Part shown: one piece after another, positions 1 through 9,590 of the stretch
Position numbering within the stretch: position 1 is the first letter of the stretch
Layout of the letters: every line of letters starts with the position of its first letter
Origin: Chloroflexota bacterium
GTDB lineage: Bacteria > Chloroflexota > UBA11872 > VXOZ01
Direction of reading: 5' to 3'
DNA length: 64,000 nt
Assembly (NCBI GenBank): GCA_965220045.1
Contig: OZ244803.1
Location: 2,074,913-2,138,912, forward strand
Program-made: the position numbers and the translations under genes
The notes under the pieces: model-generated
Databases searched by the model: none
What the model saw: only the letters and a program-made list of their open reading frames with translations
What the model was told of the DNA's origin: nothing

Positions 1-531
1 GAGCAGATGGTGGCCGAACGTCACGGGCTGAGCGCGCTGCAGATGCGTATACCCGGGCATACTCGAGGCGGCATGCGCTGCAGCGAGATCAAGGAGCGTC
101 TGCCGCACGGCGCACAGTTGGCTACCGAGGGTGTCGAGCGCGCCGCGACACCACAGCCGGACGTCCGTAGCCACTTGATCGTTGCGGCTGCGGGCGGTAT
201 GGAGTTTTCCCGCCACGGCGCCCACACGCTCCTGCAAGAGATCTTCCACCGCTGAGTGCACGTCTTCCCAACGGCCTACATCGGGGGCAATCGCGCCGCT
301 TTCGATCTCTTCGAGGACTGCCGTAAGTCCGGCGCAAATCGCGTCGACTTCTTCTGGCGCAATGATGCCCTGCTTGGACAGCATGCGGCAATGCGCCAGC
401 GATCCGGCAATGTCCTCGCGGTATAGCCGCCAGTCCACCGGCAAAGAGGAAGAAAACGCCAGCATGTCGCCGGCCAGTGCTTTGGTGAAGCGACCACCCC
501 ACAGGGTGGATGCGCTTTCAGTGTTGTCCAT
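1..531 (-). CDS. argH: argininosuccinate lyase, N-terminal 177 codons (gene runs off the left edge)
   Basis: Own translation of the minus strand from ATG at 531-529: MDNTESASTLWGGRFTKALAGDMLAFSSSLPVDWRLYREDIAGSLAHCRML...KLHTARSRNDQVATDVRLW...PGYTHLQRAQPVTFGHHLL. It has the WGGRF and SRNDQ motifs of the ASL/fumarase family. It is missing from the ORF track because it is open at the window edge. Confidence 0.9.
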   Translation of the reverse strand, partial: MDNTESASTLWGGRFTKALAGDMLAFSSSLPVDWRLYREDIAGSLAHCRMLSKQGIIAPEEVDAICAGLTAVLEEIESGAIAPDVGRWEDVHSAVEDLLQERVGAVAGKLHTARSRNDQVATDVRLWCRGALDTLGSQLCAVRQTLLDLAAAHAASSMPGYTHLQRAQPVTFGHHLL

Positions 532-634
532 TTCCCGCTATGCCTGGATTCTCTTGATTGTTCCTGCCCGCTCTTGGACTGCTCGCCGTCAATGGAAGAC
601 GAGAGGCCGGGAGTTGGATTTGGCATCTGTACAC

Positions 635-1020
635 GAAGCGTGAAGGCTTGTTCCCCGGCCTTTGTATGCCTTTAGCATTTGTAGCGCGGGGGCTTGTCCC
701 CCGCTCTTGCAATTCCCCTCGTGAAGAAAAGATGGATTCCCGCTTGCGCGGGAATGACGGAGTAGCGCACGGGCCTGTCCCCCGGCCTGGCTATGCCGTT
801 TGCCTCTGTAGCGCGGGGGCTTGTCCCCCGCTCTTACAATACCGCTCGTGAAGAAAAGATGGATTCCCGCTTGCGCGGGAATGACGGAGTAGCGCACGGG
901 CTTGCCCCCGCCCTTGCTATGCCGTTTGCCTCTGTAGCGCGAGGGCTTGTCCCCCGCTCTTACAATACCCCTCGTGAACAAAAGATGGATTCCCGCTTGC
1001 GCGGGAATGACGGAGTGACG
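635..1020. repeat. tandem array, three units of about 127 bp, built from REP-like hairpin modules
   Basis: gtagcgcg(g/a)gggcttgtcccccgc starts at 681, 808 and 934 (period 127/126). Each unit also carries atggattcccgcttgcgcgggaatgacgg (hairpin ttcccgc/gcgggaa) and gcacgggc(c/t)tg(t)cccccg. Confidence 0.9.
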
Positions 1021-1086
1021 GCCCCACTCTAATCCAACTGCTAGCCCAGTCCGCTCTCGAGGCGAATACCGGTCCATGCTCTCCAA

Positions 1087-1926
1087 CTATGCGCTGCAAC
1101 CGTTCACGCGGTACACCGGCTCCCTTGCCCCCTCTGCCGATCCTGCTGAGATGACGCCCCTCTGCAATAACTTCTTGAGTAGCGCCTGAACCTCTCCTCG
1201 TTTCCAACCAAAGAGGAGTCCGAGTTCACGCGCCGAACAGAACGGTGCGTTCGCGATCGCTTGGCAGACTAGCTGTTCCTGCGCTTTATCTTTGGTAACC
1301 GCGAGCGTCGTTGCATCGGTCGGCGCGTGTCGCTCCACCAAGTCCCAGTCGTGCATGGAGAAACCTTCCACACTGCCACCGGCAACCGTAATCAGGAATC
1401 GCTCCTGGAGCGAACGCAGAGCCGCCTGGTACTGTTTCTTGCCGGCACCGGAGAGCGCCTGCACCTCCCGCCGCAGATCACGGGATCGAACAGTACCTTG
1501 GATAGCGATTACCTGCAGCATGTGACGTTCAACCGGCTGCAATAAGCCGCTCTCCAGCACCAGGTCCACCGGTTCATGCCATCTCCAGACCTGGCGAAAC
1601 AGCGGGAAGAATCGCCATGAAATAAAGATGCCCCGGTTTCTGAGATGGTGCCCGTAGGCACAACGCTTCTTGGCAGGCAGGATATTCTTCCAGTGCCACA
1701 CATTGAGCGAAAACGTCTCAATGCTGCCCCGTGCCTTCAGTTCCGCATCGCTGACGTTCGGCCACGGCAGTGTGCCCGGCGCGAAAAGATGGACGAAGCC
1801 CCGCTCATTCACATAGGCCGCCGCGTCGGCTTCATCCCGCACGCCGCGCCCATCGGCCAGCAAGAGCCTGCTGCTGCGTTCTTCCTGGAGCGCTTCGACT
1901 GAGACGGTTGTCCCGACACTCACCAT
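1087..1926 (-). CDS. hypothetical protein with a winged-helix-like C-terminus (possibly distantly YcaQ/AlkZ-like)
   Basis: 279-aa ORF with ATG at 1926, co-directional with argG and argH. The C-terminal LGLLFGWKRGEVQALLKKLLQRGVI looks like a wHTH. No motif I can assign with certainty. Confidence 0.55.
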   Translation of the reverse strand: MVSVGTTVSVEALQEERSSRLLLADGRGVRDEADAAAYVNERGFVHLFAPGTLPWPNVSDAELKARGSIETFSLNVWHWKNILPAKKRCAYGHHLRNRGIFISWRFFPLFRQVWRWHEPVDLVLESGLLQPVERHMLQVIAIQGTVRSRDLRREVQALSGAGKKQYQAALRSLQERFLITVAGGSVEGFSMHDWDLVERHAPTDATTLAVTKDKAQEQLVCQAIANAPFCSARELGLLFGWKRGEVQALLKKLLQRGVISAGSAEGAREPVYRVNGCSA

Positions 1927-2012
1927 GCCGCCACTTGCTCACGACAACCTGTTAAATACCATGTTGACGGTTTGCGCCGGGCAAGCATCAAAGACCCGCG
2001 AAAGGCAGGTGC

Positions 2013-3278
2013 TCATTCATCCCCAGCTTCTTTCGCCTCCAGCCGCTTGGCTTGGGGCAGCAGCGGCGCGTCGTTTCCATGAATTTGCTGGCGCGCCTGC
2101 ACCTGAGTGCTCAAGCCCCAAATCTTCACAAAGCCCTCGGCTGCGCGATGGTCGAACGCGTCGCCGCTAAGGTACGTCGCGAGGTCTTCGCGATAGAGCG
2201 AGTGCGGCGACTGCCGGCCAACGACGGTCGCCTGGCCGCGGTAGAGCTTGACGCGCACCGTGCCGCTCACAGCACGCTGGGTGCTATCGACAAATGCCAT
2301 CAGATCGCGGTTGAGTGTCGAGAACCACAAACCGCCATAGACGAGGCGCGAAATCTCTTCTGCCACCACGCGCTTGAAGTGGGACTGGTCGCGGGAGAGT
2401 GTCATCTGCTCCAAAGCCTCATGGGCCTTAAAGAGGATCGTACCCGCGGGGCACTCATAGATCTCCCGCGACTTGATGCCAACCACGCGATTTTCCACGT
2501 GGTCCACGCGGCCGACGCCGTGGGCGCCGCCCAAATCGTTGAGCTCTTGTATCAGGTCGATGCCGTTCATATCGTGGCCGTCAATGCTTACGGGAATCCC
2601 TTCATCGAATCCAATCTCGACGTAGGCGGGCGTATCCGGCGCGTTCTCCGGCGCGACCGTCCACTCATACGCATTCTCCGGGGGTTCCACCCAGGGGTCT
2701 TCCAATGGACCGGATTCAATGCTGCGGCCCCAGAGATTCTGGTCGAGGCTGTATGGCTGGCGCGACCCTTCCGGCACGGGAATGCCGTGCTCCTTGGCGT
2801 AGGCTTCCTCCTGGTCGCGGGTCAGACCCCACTCGCGCACCGGCGCAATGACCTGCAACTCCGGCGCGAGCGCATGCACGGAAACATCAAACCGCACCTG
2901 GTCGTTGCCCTTGCCGGTAGAGCCGTGGGCCACGGCTTGAGCGCCCTCTTCGCGGGCCACGTCCACGAGCAGCTTTGCGATGAGCGGGCGGCCCAACGCC
3001 GTCGCCAAGTAGTAGGCGTTCTCATAGACGGCGCCGGCCTTCAACCCGGGCCAAATGAAGTGCGCGATGAAGAGATCTCGCGCATCGACGACGTACGCCT
3101 TGCGGGCGCCGGTCTGAATTGCCTTGTCGCGAATTGCGGGTAAGTCAGGCTCGTGACCCAAGTCAATGGTGAGCGTGACCACGTCCATGTCGTAGTGCTC
3201 TTGCAACCAGCGTATGCACACACTGGTGTCCAGGCCTCCTGAGTAGGCCAGAACTACGCGCCCGCGGCGAGTAGCCAT
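2013..3278 (-). CDS. argG: argininosuccinate synthase
   Basis: 421 aa. N-terminal VVLAYSGGLDTSV ATP-pyrophosphatase motif, typical length and ArgG-like sequence throughout. Confidence 0.95.
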   Translation of the reverse strand: MATRRGRVVLAYSGGLDTSVCIRWLQEHYDMDVVTLTIDLGHEPDLPAIRDKAIQTGARKAYVVDARDLFIAHFIWPGLKAGAVYENAYYLATALGRPLIAKLLVDVAREEGAQAVAHGSTGKGNDQVRFDVSVHALAPELQVIAPVREWGLTRDQEEAYAKEHGIPVPEGSRQPYSLDQNLWGRSIESGPLEDPWVEPPENAYEWTVAPENAPDTPAYVEIGFDEGIPVSIDGHDMNGIDLIQELNDLGGAHGVGRVDHVENRVVGIKSREIYECPAGTILFKAHEALEQMTLSRDQSHFKRVVAEEISRLVYGGLWFSTLNRDLMAFVDSTQRAVSGTVRVKLYRGQATVVGRQSPHSLYREDLATYLSGDAFDHRAAEGFVKIWGLSTQVQARQQIHGNDAPLLPQAKRLEAKEAGDE

Positions 3279-3393
3279 AGTGGAATTCTCCTCTACACAA
3301 TCATCAAGTTCAAAAATTCATTAACGCTGGGTCCCCAAGACCTAACACAAGGTTCGGGGATAGGTAAACGGGCAGAATGGAGCGGAGTCTGCT

Positions 3394-4581
3394 CTAGAGA
3401 ATTCCGCTCAGGGTCTTCTCTACCCGCGCCAGGCCCTCATCGGCCTCCGCATCGGTTAGCGTCAACGCGGGAGCCATGCGGATGCTGGGCGGCGCCACAC
3501 GGTTCACGATGAGACCGCATTCCAATCCGTGCGCCAGAAATTTCTCCGCGCGTTCCTCTCCCAGATCGAATGCCAAGAGCAAGCCCCTGCCGCGTATGTC
3601 TGTGATTGCATTGCCGTGACGGGCACTGATTGCCGCCAGCCCTGCCTTGATGCGCTCGCCCTGCCGGGCGGCGTTCTTCCACAGTTCATTCTCGATAACA
3701 TGCCGCACGACGGCGGCAGCGCCCGCGCAAATGAAGGGATTGCCGCCAAACGTGGACCCATGATCGCCGGGCACGAAGACCGCGGCGCGTTCGTTGACCA
3801 TGCACGCACCGATTGGCAGCCCGCCGCCCAGCGCTTTGGCCAGCGCCATCACGTCTGGCTGAATGCCGTAGTGCTCGTAAGCGAAAAGCCGCCCCGTGCG
3901 GCCGATGCCGGTCTGCACTTCGTCCAGTGCCAGCAGCAGGTTGTTGTCGTCGCAGAGCTTGCGCAAGCCTTGCACGTACTCTTGATCGGCTTCGTAGACA
4001 CCGCCCTCGCCCTGAATAAGCTCCACCAAGACGCCGGCGGTCTTTGGTCCCACCGCTGCCTGCGCCGCCGCCAAGTCATTGAACGGCACCCGCACAAAGC
4101 CCTCCGGCATGGGCACGAAGTCCTCTTGATAGTGTGGATTCGCCGTGGCCGCCACGGAGGCAATCGTGCGACCGTGAAAGGCGTTCGTCATCACGATGAT
4201 CTCGTATGCCCCGTCCCGGTTCAGCTTGCCGTACTTGCGCACGATCTTGATAGTTGTCTCCAGCGCTTCGGAGCCGCTGTTGACGAAGAAGACGCGGTCC
4301 AGGGCAGAGTTTTCGACCAATAGTTCAGCCAATTCATACTGCCGCGGCACATGGAAAAGCGATGATGTGTGGAGCAAAGTGGTTGCTTGCTGCGCTATCG
4401 CCTTGACTTGCACGGGATGGGCATGGCCTAACGCGTTGACGGCAATGCCCTGCAAGAAGTCCAAGTAACGCCTGCCGCGATCATCCCACACCCACGAGCC
4501 ATCGCCGGATACCAACGTCACCGGCAGGCGGTTGAATGTGTTCATATAATATTGTTTCTCTTTGGCAGGCCAGTCGGTCAT
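3394..4581 (-). CDS. argD: acetylornithine aminotransferase (class III PLP aminotransferase)
   Basis: 395 aa with FFVNSGSEALE, LLALDEVQTGIGRTG and STFGGNP motifs. Sits next to argG. Confidence 0.9.
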   Translation of the reverse strand: MTDWPAKEKQYYMNTFNRLPVTLVSGDGSWVWDDRGRRYLDFLQGIAVNALGHAHPVQVKAIAQQATTLLHTSSLFHVPRQYELAELLVENSALDRVFFVNSGSEALETTIKIVRKYGKLNRDGAYEIIVMTNAFHGRTIASVAATANPHYQEDFVPMPEGFVRVPFNDLAAAQAAVGPKTAGVLVELIQGEGGVYEADQEYVQGLRKLCDDNNLLLALDEVQTGIGRTGRLFAYEHYGIQPDVMALAKALGGGLPIGACMVNERAAVFVPGDHGSTFGGNPFICAGAAAVVRHVIENELWKNAARQGERIKAGLAAISARHGNAITDIRGRGLLLAFDLGEERAEKFLAHGLECGLIVNRVAPPSIRMAPALTLTDAEADEGLARVEKTLSGIL

Positions 4582-4626
4582 CCCAATCCCTTCCTTCCTG
4601 CAAGGCTGAAAAAACGCTGTTTACCT

Positions 4627-4655
4627 AGTATAGCGCAGTATTGGGCGGTTTTGAA
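4627..4655 (-). promoter_or_regulatory. candidate sigma70-type promoter for argD
   Basis: Minus strand reads TTCAAA, 17 nt, TATACT, about 45 nt upstream of the argD ATG. Motif match only. Confidence 0.3.
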
Positions 4656-4780
4656 CCGGGTCACAGCCGCTAACGGATGCCTGCGGTTGCCGCCCAATCA
4701 TAATGGACAGCCCCCGGCAAAACCGCTACACTAGCGCGCAGCAGTTAGTTTTTCCCTTCCTGTCAAGGAGTTCTTGCCTA

Positions 4781-5641
4781 ATGAAGTTCATCTTGTTCGC
4801 CAAGCACTTTGAGCATCTCAGCTACGAGGAGTTGGCGGATACGATTGCCGATATCGGCCTGGACGGCGTCGATCTGACCGTGCGCAGTCCCGGCCACGTG
4901 CTGCCGGAGAACGTCAAGACCGATCTCCCGAAGGCTGCCAAAGCCTTCCGAGACCGGGGGCTGGATATCGGCTGGCTTACGACGAACATCTTCAGCGCCG
5001 ACGCGCCTCATGCCGAGGATATTCTGGCCACCGCCAGCGACCTGGGCATAACGCAGTTCAAGCTCGGCTACCACAAGTACGACGGCTTCGGGAATCTCCA
5101 ACGCCAGCTTGCCGAGACCCGCGACGCCGTGCGCAGCATCGAGCGCCTTTGCCACAAGTACGACGTCCAAGGCGGCATGCACATCCACTCCGGGCCGTAC
5201 ATGTCCGCGGTAGCGACGATAGTCGGCCCGCTTATCGAGGACTTTGACCCGCAGGCCATCGGGGTCTATGGCGACTTTGGGCACATGGGCGTCGAGGGCA
5301 GCTTCGGCGGCTGGATCCAGGGGCTGGACTTGATCTCCGATAGGTTGGTCATGCTCGCGCTGAAGAACATGGGCCAGTTTTGGGAAGAAGACTCCAAGTC
5401 CGGCGATTACAAATGGCATCGGAAGCTCGTGCCGCTCGAACGGGGCTTCACGCCGTATCCCGAGGCGTTCGGCTACCTGAAGCAGATTGGCTATGACGGC
5501 TACGCCTCATTCCACAGCGAGTATCAAGGCGGCGCCACGTGGAAGCACCTGGAGCACGATGAACTGATCGCACAGACGAAAGCCGACTTCGCGTATGTCA
5601 AAGGGGTCTGCGCGGACTTGGGCATCCCCCACGGCGCATAA
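4781..5641 (+). CDS. sugar phosphate isomerase/epimerase (xylose isomerase-like TIM barrel)
   Basis: Starts MKFILFAKHFEHLSYEELADTIADIGLDGVDLTVR. AAGGAG lies 10 nt upstream of ATG 4781. The longer ORF from 4703 lacks an RBS. Confidence 0.75.
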   Translation: MKFILFAKHFEHLSYEELADTIADIGLDGVDLTVRSPGHVLPENVKTDLPKAAKAFRDRGLDIGWLTTNIFSADAPHAEDILATASDLGITQFKLGYHKYDGFGNLQRQLAETRDAVRSIERLCHKYDVQGGMHIHSGPYMSAVATIVGPLIEDFDPQAIGVYGDFGHMGVEGSFGGWIQGLDLISDRLVMLALKNMGQFWEEDSKSGDYKWHRKLVPLERGFTPYPEAFGYLKQIGYDGYASFHSEYQGGATWKHLEHDELIAQTKADFAYVKGVCADLGIPHGA

Positions 5642-5739
5642 ACAGGCTACCCGTCACGGTCGCCGGCGTAGCCCGTCAGCAACGTAGCATAGGGAGCTGA
5701 TTACAGGAGATCCGCTCGAGTACCTAGTGAGGATGGAGC

Positions 5740-7071
5740 ATGTCAGCACTGCCGGCAATTCTTGGCGGCGAGCCCGCCGTCACGCTGGACCATAGCCACT
5801 ATACCCAGTGGCCGATCTATACCGAGGAAGAAGTAGAGGTAGTATCGGACCTCATCCGCGACCATGCCCTCGCCAGCCAGTTCGGCGGCCCGGGGCCGAT
5901 AACCGAATTGGAGAGGATGGTAGCGGAGACCTGGGGCGTCAAGCACGCCCTGGCGCATTCTTCCGGCACGGCTTCACTGCGGGCGGCCCTGTTTGGCGTT
6001 GGCGTCGGCAAGGGTGACGAGGTCATATGCCAGTCGGCAATCCACCCGTTCAACTGCTTGCCCATCGTCGGCAGCGGCGCCGTGCCGGTCTTTGCCGACA
6101 TCGATCCGGTCACGCTCACCCTCGATCCAGAGGACATTGCGTGTAAAATCACGCCTCGCACGAGAGCCATCATGGTCGTGCACTGGCCCGGCTGTCCGGC
6201 GGACATGGATGCCATCATGGATATCGCGGCGCGGCACTCTCTGCGGGTGGTTGAAGACAACTGCATTTCCCAAGGAGCGACCCACCGCGGGCGCATGTGC
6301 GGCAGCATCGGCGATGCCGCCGCTATCAGCTTCCAACACGGCAAGAGCACGTCCGCCGGCGAGGGCGGCGTTTTCATGACCAACGATACCGAGGTCTATC
6401 AACGCGCCGCGTGCCTGGGCCACTACGAACGCCTGCGGGAACTGCCCAATCCCAAATGGCGCGCCATGACCGGCTTCAGCTTTGGCGAAAAGTACCGCAT
6501 GGCGACCCTTTCGGGGGCCATCGGCAGCGTCCAGATGAAGTATTGGAAACAGCGCCTCGACGTGCGGCACGCCAACACGGACAAGCTGGGAGAGGCGGTC
6601 GCGGAAATCGATGGCTTCTCCGCGCCGGACTACCCAGACTACTTCCCCTCGCCGTACCAGAGCGGGCGCATCATGTTCGATCCTGACAGACTCGGAGGAA
6701 TGTCTCGCGAGCGGCTGCTTGAGGTTTTGCAGGCTGAGGGCGCGCAGGTCTCTTCACCCGCGCAGAAGGCAACGCTCACGCCGCACGCCAACGGGCTCAC
6801 CCACATGCTCCACAAGCATCCGGTCTTCCAGGGCAACGAGCACGGGACCGGGGACGTCCTTTGGGAAGTCCTGGGGCCGAACGTCACCAGAATTGATTAC
6901 AGAGACGTCGTGCTCCCGGTCACGGAAGACCCTGAGATTCCCTACGACTCAATACGCGTGCCCAGCTTCACGCGTCCGGCGGCTGAGTTGATTGAGCAGT
7001 ACATCACGGCGTTTTCCAAAGTCGCGGCGCATGCGGAAGAACTCAGCGGAGCGCTGGCCGAAGCTCGCTAG
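5740..7071 (+). CDS. DegT/DnrJ/EryC1/StrS-family PLP aminotransferase
   Basis: 443 aa. LPAILGGEPAV N-terminus, HSSGTASL, VVEDNCISQGA, and the F-x-x-GKS lysine region (FQHGKSTSAGEGG). Confidence 0.85.
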   Translation: MSALPAILGGEPAVTLDHSHYTQWPIYTEEEVEVVSDLIRDHALASQFGGPGPITELERMVAETWGVKHALAHSSGTASLRAALFGVGVGKGDEVICQSAIHPFNCLPIVGSGAVPVFADIDPVTLTLDPEDIACKITPRTRAIMVVHWPGCPADMDAIMDIAARHSLRVVEDNCISQGATHRGRMCGSIGDAAAISFQHGKSTSAGEGGVFMTNDTEVYQRAACLGHYERLRELPNPKWRAMTGFSFGEKYRMATLSGAIGSVQMKYWKQRLDVRHANTDKLGEAVAEIDGFSAPDYPDYFPSPYQSGRIMFDPDRLGGMSRERLLEVLQAEGAQVSSPAQKATLTPHANGLTHMLHKHPVFQGNEHGTGDVLWEVLGPNVTRIDYRDVVLPVTEDPEIPYDSIRVPSFTRPAAELIEQYITAFSKVAAHAEELSGALAEAR

Positions 7072-7107
7072 GGCAATATTCTATCTGGGTAAGTGCGTGG
7101 ATCCGAT

Positions 7108-7345
7108 GTAGCGCGGGGGCTTGTCCCCAATGGTGCCACATTAACACCCGAGCCTGAGCCGTTCGCCCTGAGCTGCGTCGAAGGGTGGACGGCTCAGGCG
7201 ACGGTTCGTCGGTATTGGGCCTACAACGCTCCGTTTGCGCTGCGACAAGGGCTTTGTGATGCCCAAGCTTCGCGCAGCCCTCAGCACGAATGGAGAAAAC
7301 TGAAGCCATCCACTTTAATGCGACAGCATTAGGGCTTACCCCGGC
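7108..7345. repeat. MITE-like element copy A (about 238 bp, about 33-bp imperfect terminal inverted repeats)
   Basis: Left end gtagcgcgggggcttgtccccaatggtgccacattaa; right end tttaatgcgacagcattagggcttaccccggc is its imperfect reverse complement. The interior matches the reverse complement of 54605-54827. Confidence 0.85.
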
Positions 7346-7464
7346 TCTTCTACCAGCCCCATGATAACGCTATCGCGGTAGCCGCTTAGAACCCACCTTG
7401 CGACTGCTCACATCATTGAATGGCACGACACCCCCGACAGTCTATAGACCGCCGAATTCCCGCG

Positions 7465-8640
7465 TCATTCGCTCACTACCACAGTTTCTCGCTGCTGCCG
7501 AACCCTCTTCCCATTGAGCATCGTTCCAATCGGCGTATAGCGCACGCCAAGGTGATACGTCGCAAGCAGAATGCCGGTTACGGTGACGCAGATAAACAGG
7601 AGCTTCAGATGCGCGTTCATGGGCCACGCCAGCACGAGCCGCTGGGCAAAGACAATGAGAGGCAGGTGCCACAGGTAGAGCCAGTAGGACGAATCCGACA
7701 CGTAGCGCACCCAACTCCGCTCCCGCGAAGCTATCAAGCGGAAAAGTCCGATTAGCCCAAAACACATCAGCCACGCATACCCAACCTGGAACACGGCCGA
7801 GACCGGCGGCGCCCACGCTGTACCATCCGTTGAAAACAGAGACACAAGAGCGACCGGGAATACCAAGAAGAGCGCCGGCAGTAGTCCCACCGCCCACCAA
7901 CCGCGCATTGTGAAACGACGCCGGTAGAGGAATGCGCCAAAGAAGAAGAAACAGGCATAGTAGGCCACGACGAGCGGATCAGAGACAAGCCCGTCGGACG
8001 TATCCGGACCGACAATTGGTTCGTGCATGTACACTTGCGGTGCCAGCACAAGTGGGACGAGCAACCACCAGAGCACCGGATGGGTAAACCGCACCCCTAA
8101 CCGGGCGAGCGCGAGGAACGCGGCGCACAGCCAAAGGAGTATCCAGAGAAACCACAGGTGGTGAAAGCCGTACAGCCAGTAGAACGGCCAGAAGGCAAAG
8201 CTGAACTCACTACCGATAAAGGCCCATGTGTTCACCGGAATCACGGTGACACAGCACAGGGCGAGGGGCAACGCTATCCGCTTCGCGCGGTGCGATGCCA
8301 GTTGGCGCAGACCGCGCCGCTCCCAGAGCATGGCGGTAAAGAATCCGCTAAGCAGAAAGAAGACCGGCATACGAAAGCCGTGGATTACATTCAAGGCAAT
8401 GCCATAGAGGTCTCCTGGCGGATCGGCATGCTGGATCGGCCACGCATCAGGTATGAGGAAGAGAAAGGCATGCAGGACTATGCCCAGGAGCATAGCCACG
8501 GCACGTAGGGCATCCAATTCGTGAAACCGTGGACCCTGCGGCTTGGTGCCCGGCTGCGGGACGATTGCGTCCGCTGAGACCGGCGGAGATTCAGGCTCCT
8601 TTGGCGCCTCGATGGATCCAGGCGTGCTCGTATCGGGCAA
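7465..8640 (-). CDS. acyltransferase family 3 membrane protein
   Basis: 391 aa and polytopic. FHELDALRAVAMLLGIVLHA is the typical acyltransferase_3 N-terminal motif. The listed start is TTG, so the true start is uncertain. Confidence 0.75.
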   Translation of the reverse strand: MPDTSTPGSIEAPKEPESPPVSADAIVPQPGTKPQGPRFHELDALRAVAMLLGIVLHAFLFLIPDAWPIQHADPPGDLYGIALNVIHGFRMPVFFLLSGFFTAMLWERRGLRQLASHRAKRIALPLALCCVTVIPVNTWAFIGSEFSFAFWPFYWLYGFHHLWFLWILLWLCAAFLALARLGVRFTHPVLWWLLVPLVLAPQVYMHEPIVGPDTSDGLVSDPLVVAYYACFFFFGAFLYRRRFTMRGWWAVGLLPALFLVFPVALVSLFSTDGTAWAPPVSAVFQVGYAWLMCFGLIGLFRLIASRERSWVRYVSDSSYWLYLWHLPLIVFAQRLVLAWPMNAHLKLLFICVTVTGILLATYHLGVRYTPIGTMLNGKRVRQQRETVVVSE

Positions 8641-8738
8641 AGTTCAACCGCTCTCCGCACTCGGTCTTATCGATTTAGCATCTTGGCGTCGAGCGACGGC
8701 TATGGCGCGCGTCCCATTCACATAGAATCCGGGAGACA

Positions 8739-9590
8739 TCATTCTAGTCCCAACAGTCGAGCCCCGTTTTCCCAGAGCATCGCGCGGCGCTCCATTGTGC
8801 TGAGTTGCGCCTTGCCCAGATGCTCCAACGCGCGCCGGTGCGACATGAGGGGAAAATCGCTCCCAAAGAGCACCCGAGAGCCGACAAGCTGCGCGCCAAT
8901 CTCATAGATCTGCGGCGAGTAGAGAAACGGCGTAGCCGCAGAGTCGTAGTAAGTGCTGCCGGCAGACTCGTTTACTTCCGGCATCAACTCATGGAAGAGC
9001 AAGCCGCCGCCCCAGTGTGCCAGGACGATTGGCACGCCTTGCGCCAATGCCAGCAGGCCCGCCAGCTTCTCCGGTGTAGTCGTGCCCTTGCCCGGATAGC
9101 TATGACCCACCGGTTCACTGGCATGGAGGAGCAAAACCATACTATGCGCCCGGCAAGCTTCGAAGACGGGCCGCAGCGTGCGTTCATCAGTTATGTCAAA
9201 TCCCTGCCCGTCGGCGTTGAGTTCGCCGACCCCGCGAAAGCCCAAGGCGGCGCACCGCTCAATCTCCTGCGCAGCGCCCGGATCCCCCGGCACAACCGCG
9301 CAGAAGGGCACAATCTGGCGATGCGGCTGCAGAGCTTCTAAAATGGAGTCGTTCGTTGCGCGGCAGAGTCCCGGGTCGCGCCAGCCGAAATTCAACGCCA
9401 CCGCGGCGGCAATGCCGTCCCGCGTCATCGCTTGCGCGAGGTCGCCGGCAGTCGCGAGGCGGCTCTGTGGGTCGGCATTAAGAGCCTCAAACCAGGGCTC
9501 GTTGGCAAAATAACGCTCACGCGCCTGTACGATATCTGCGGGAAAGACATGGGTGTGGAAGTCAAGAACGCGCTCGCCGTCTATTTGCAC
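8739..9590 (-). CDS. Amidohydro_2-family metal-dependent hydrolase
   Basis: 283 aa. N-terminal VLDFHTHVFP (HxH metal motif) and C-terminal LFGSDFP. GTG at 9590 is the only in-frame start upstream of the HxH motif. Confidence 0.8.
   Translation of the reverse strand: MQIDGERVLDFHTHVFPADIVQARERYFANEPWFEALNADPQSRLATAGDLAQAMTRDGIAAAVALNFGWRDPGLCRATNDSILEALQPHRQIVPFCAVVPGDPGAAQEIERCAALGFRGVGELNADGQGFDITDERTLRPVFEACRAHSMVLLLHASEPVGHSYPGKGTTTPEKLAGLLALAQGVPIVLAHWGGGLLFHELMPEVNESAGSTYYDSAATPFLYSPQIYEIGAQLVGSRVLFGSDFPLMSHRRALEHLGKAQLSTMERRAMLWENGARLLGLE

Noticed and set aside
2052-3143. 363-aa plus-strand ORF
   Set aside because: Entirely antisense to argG, with typical GC-rich shadow-ORF composition.
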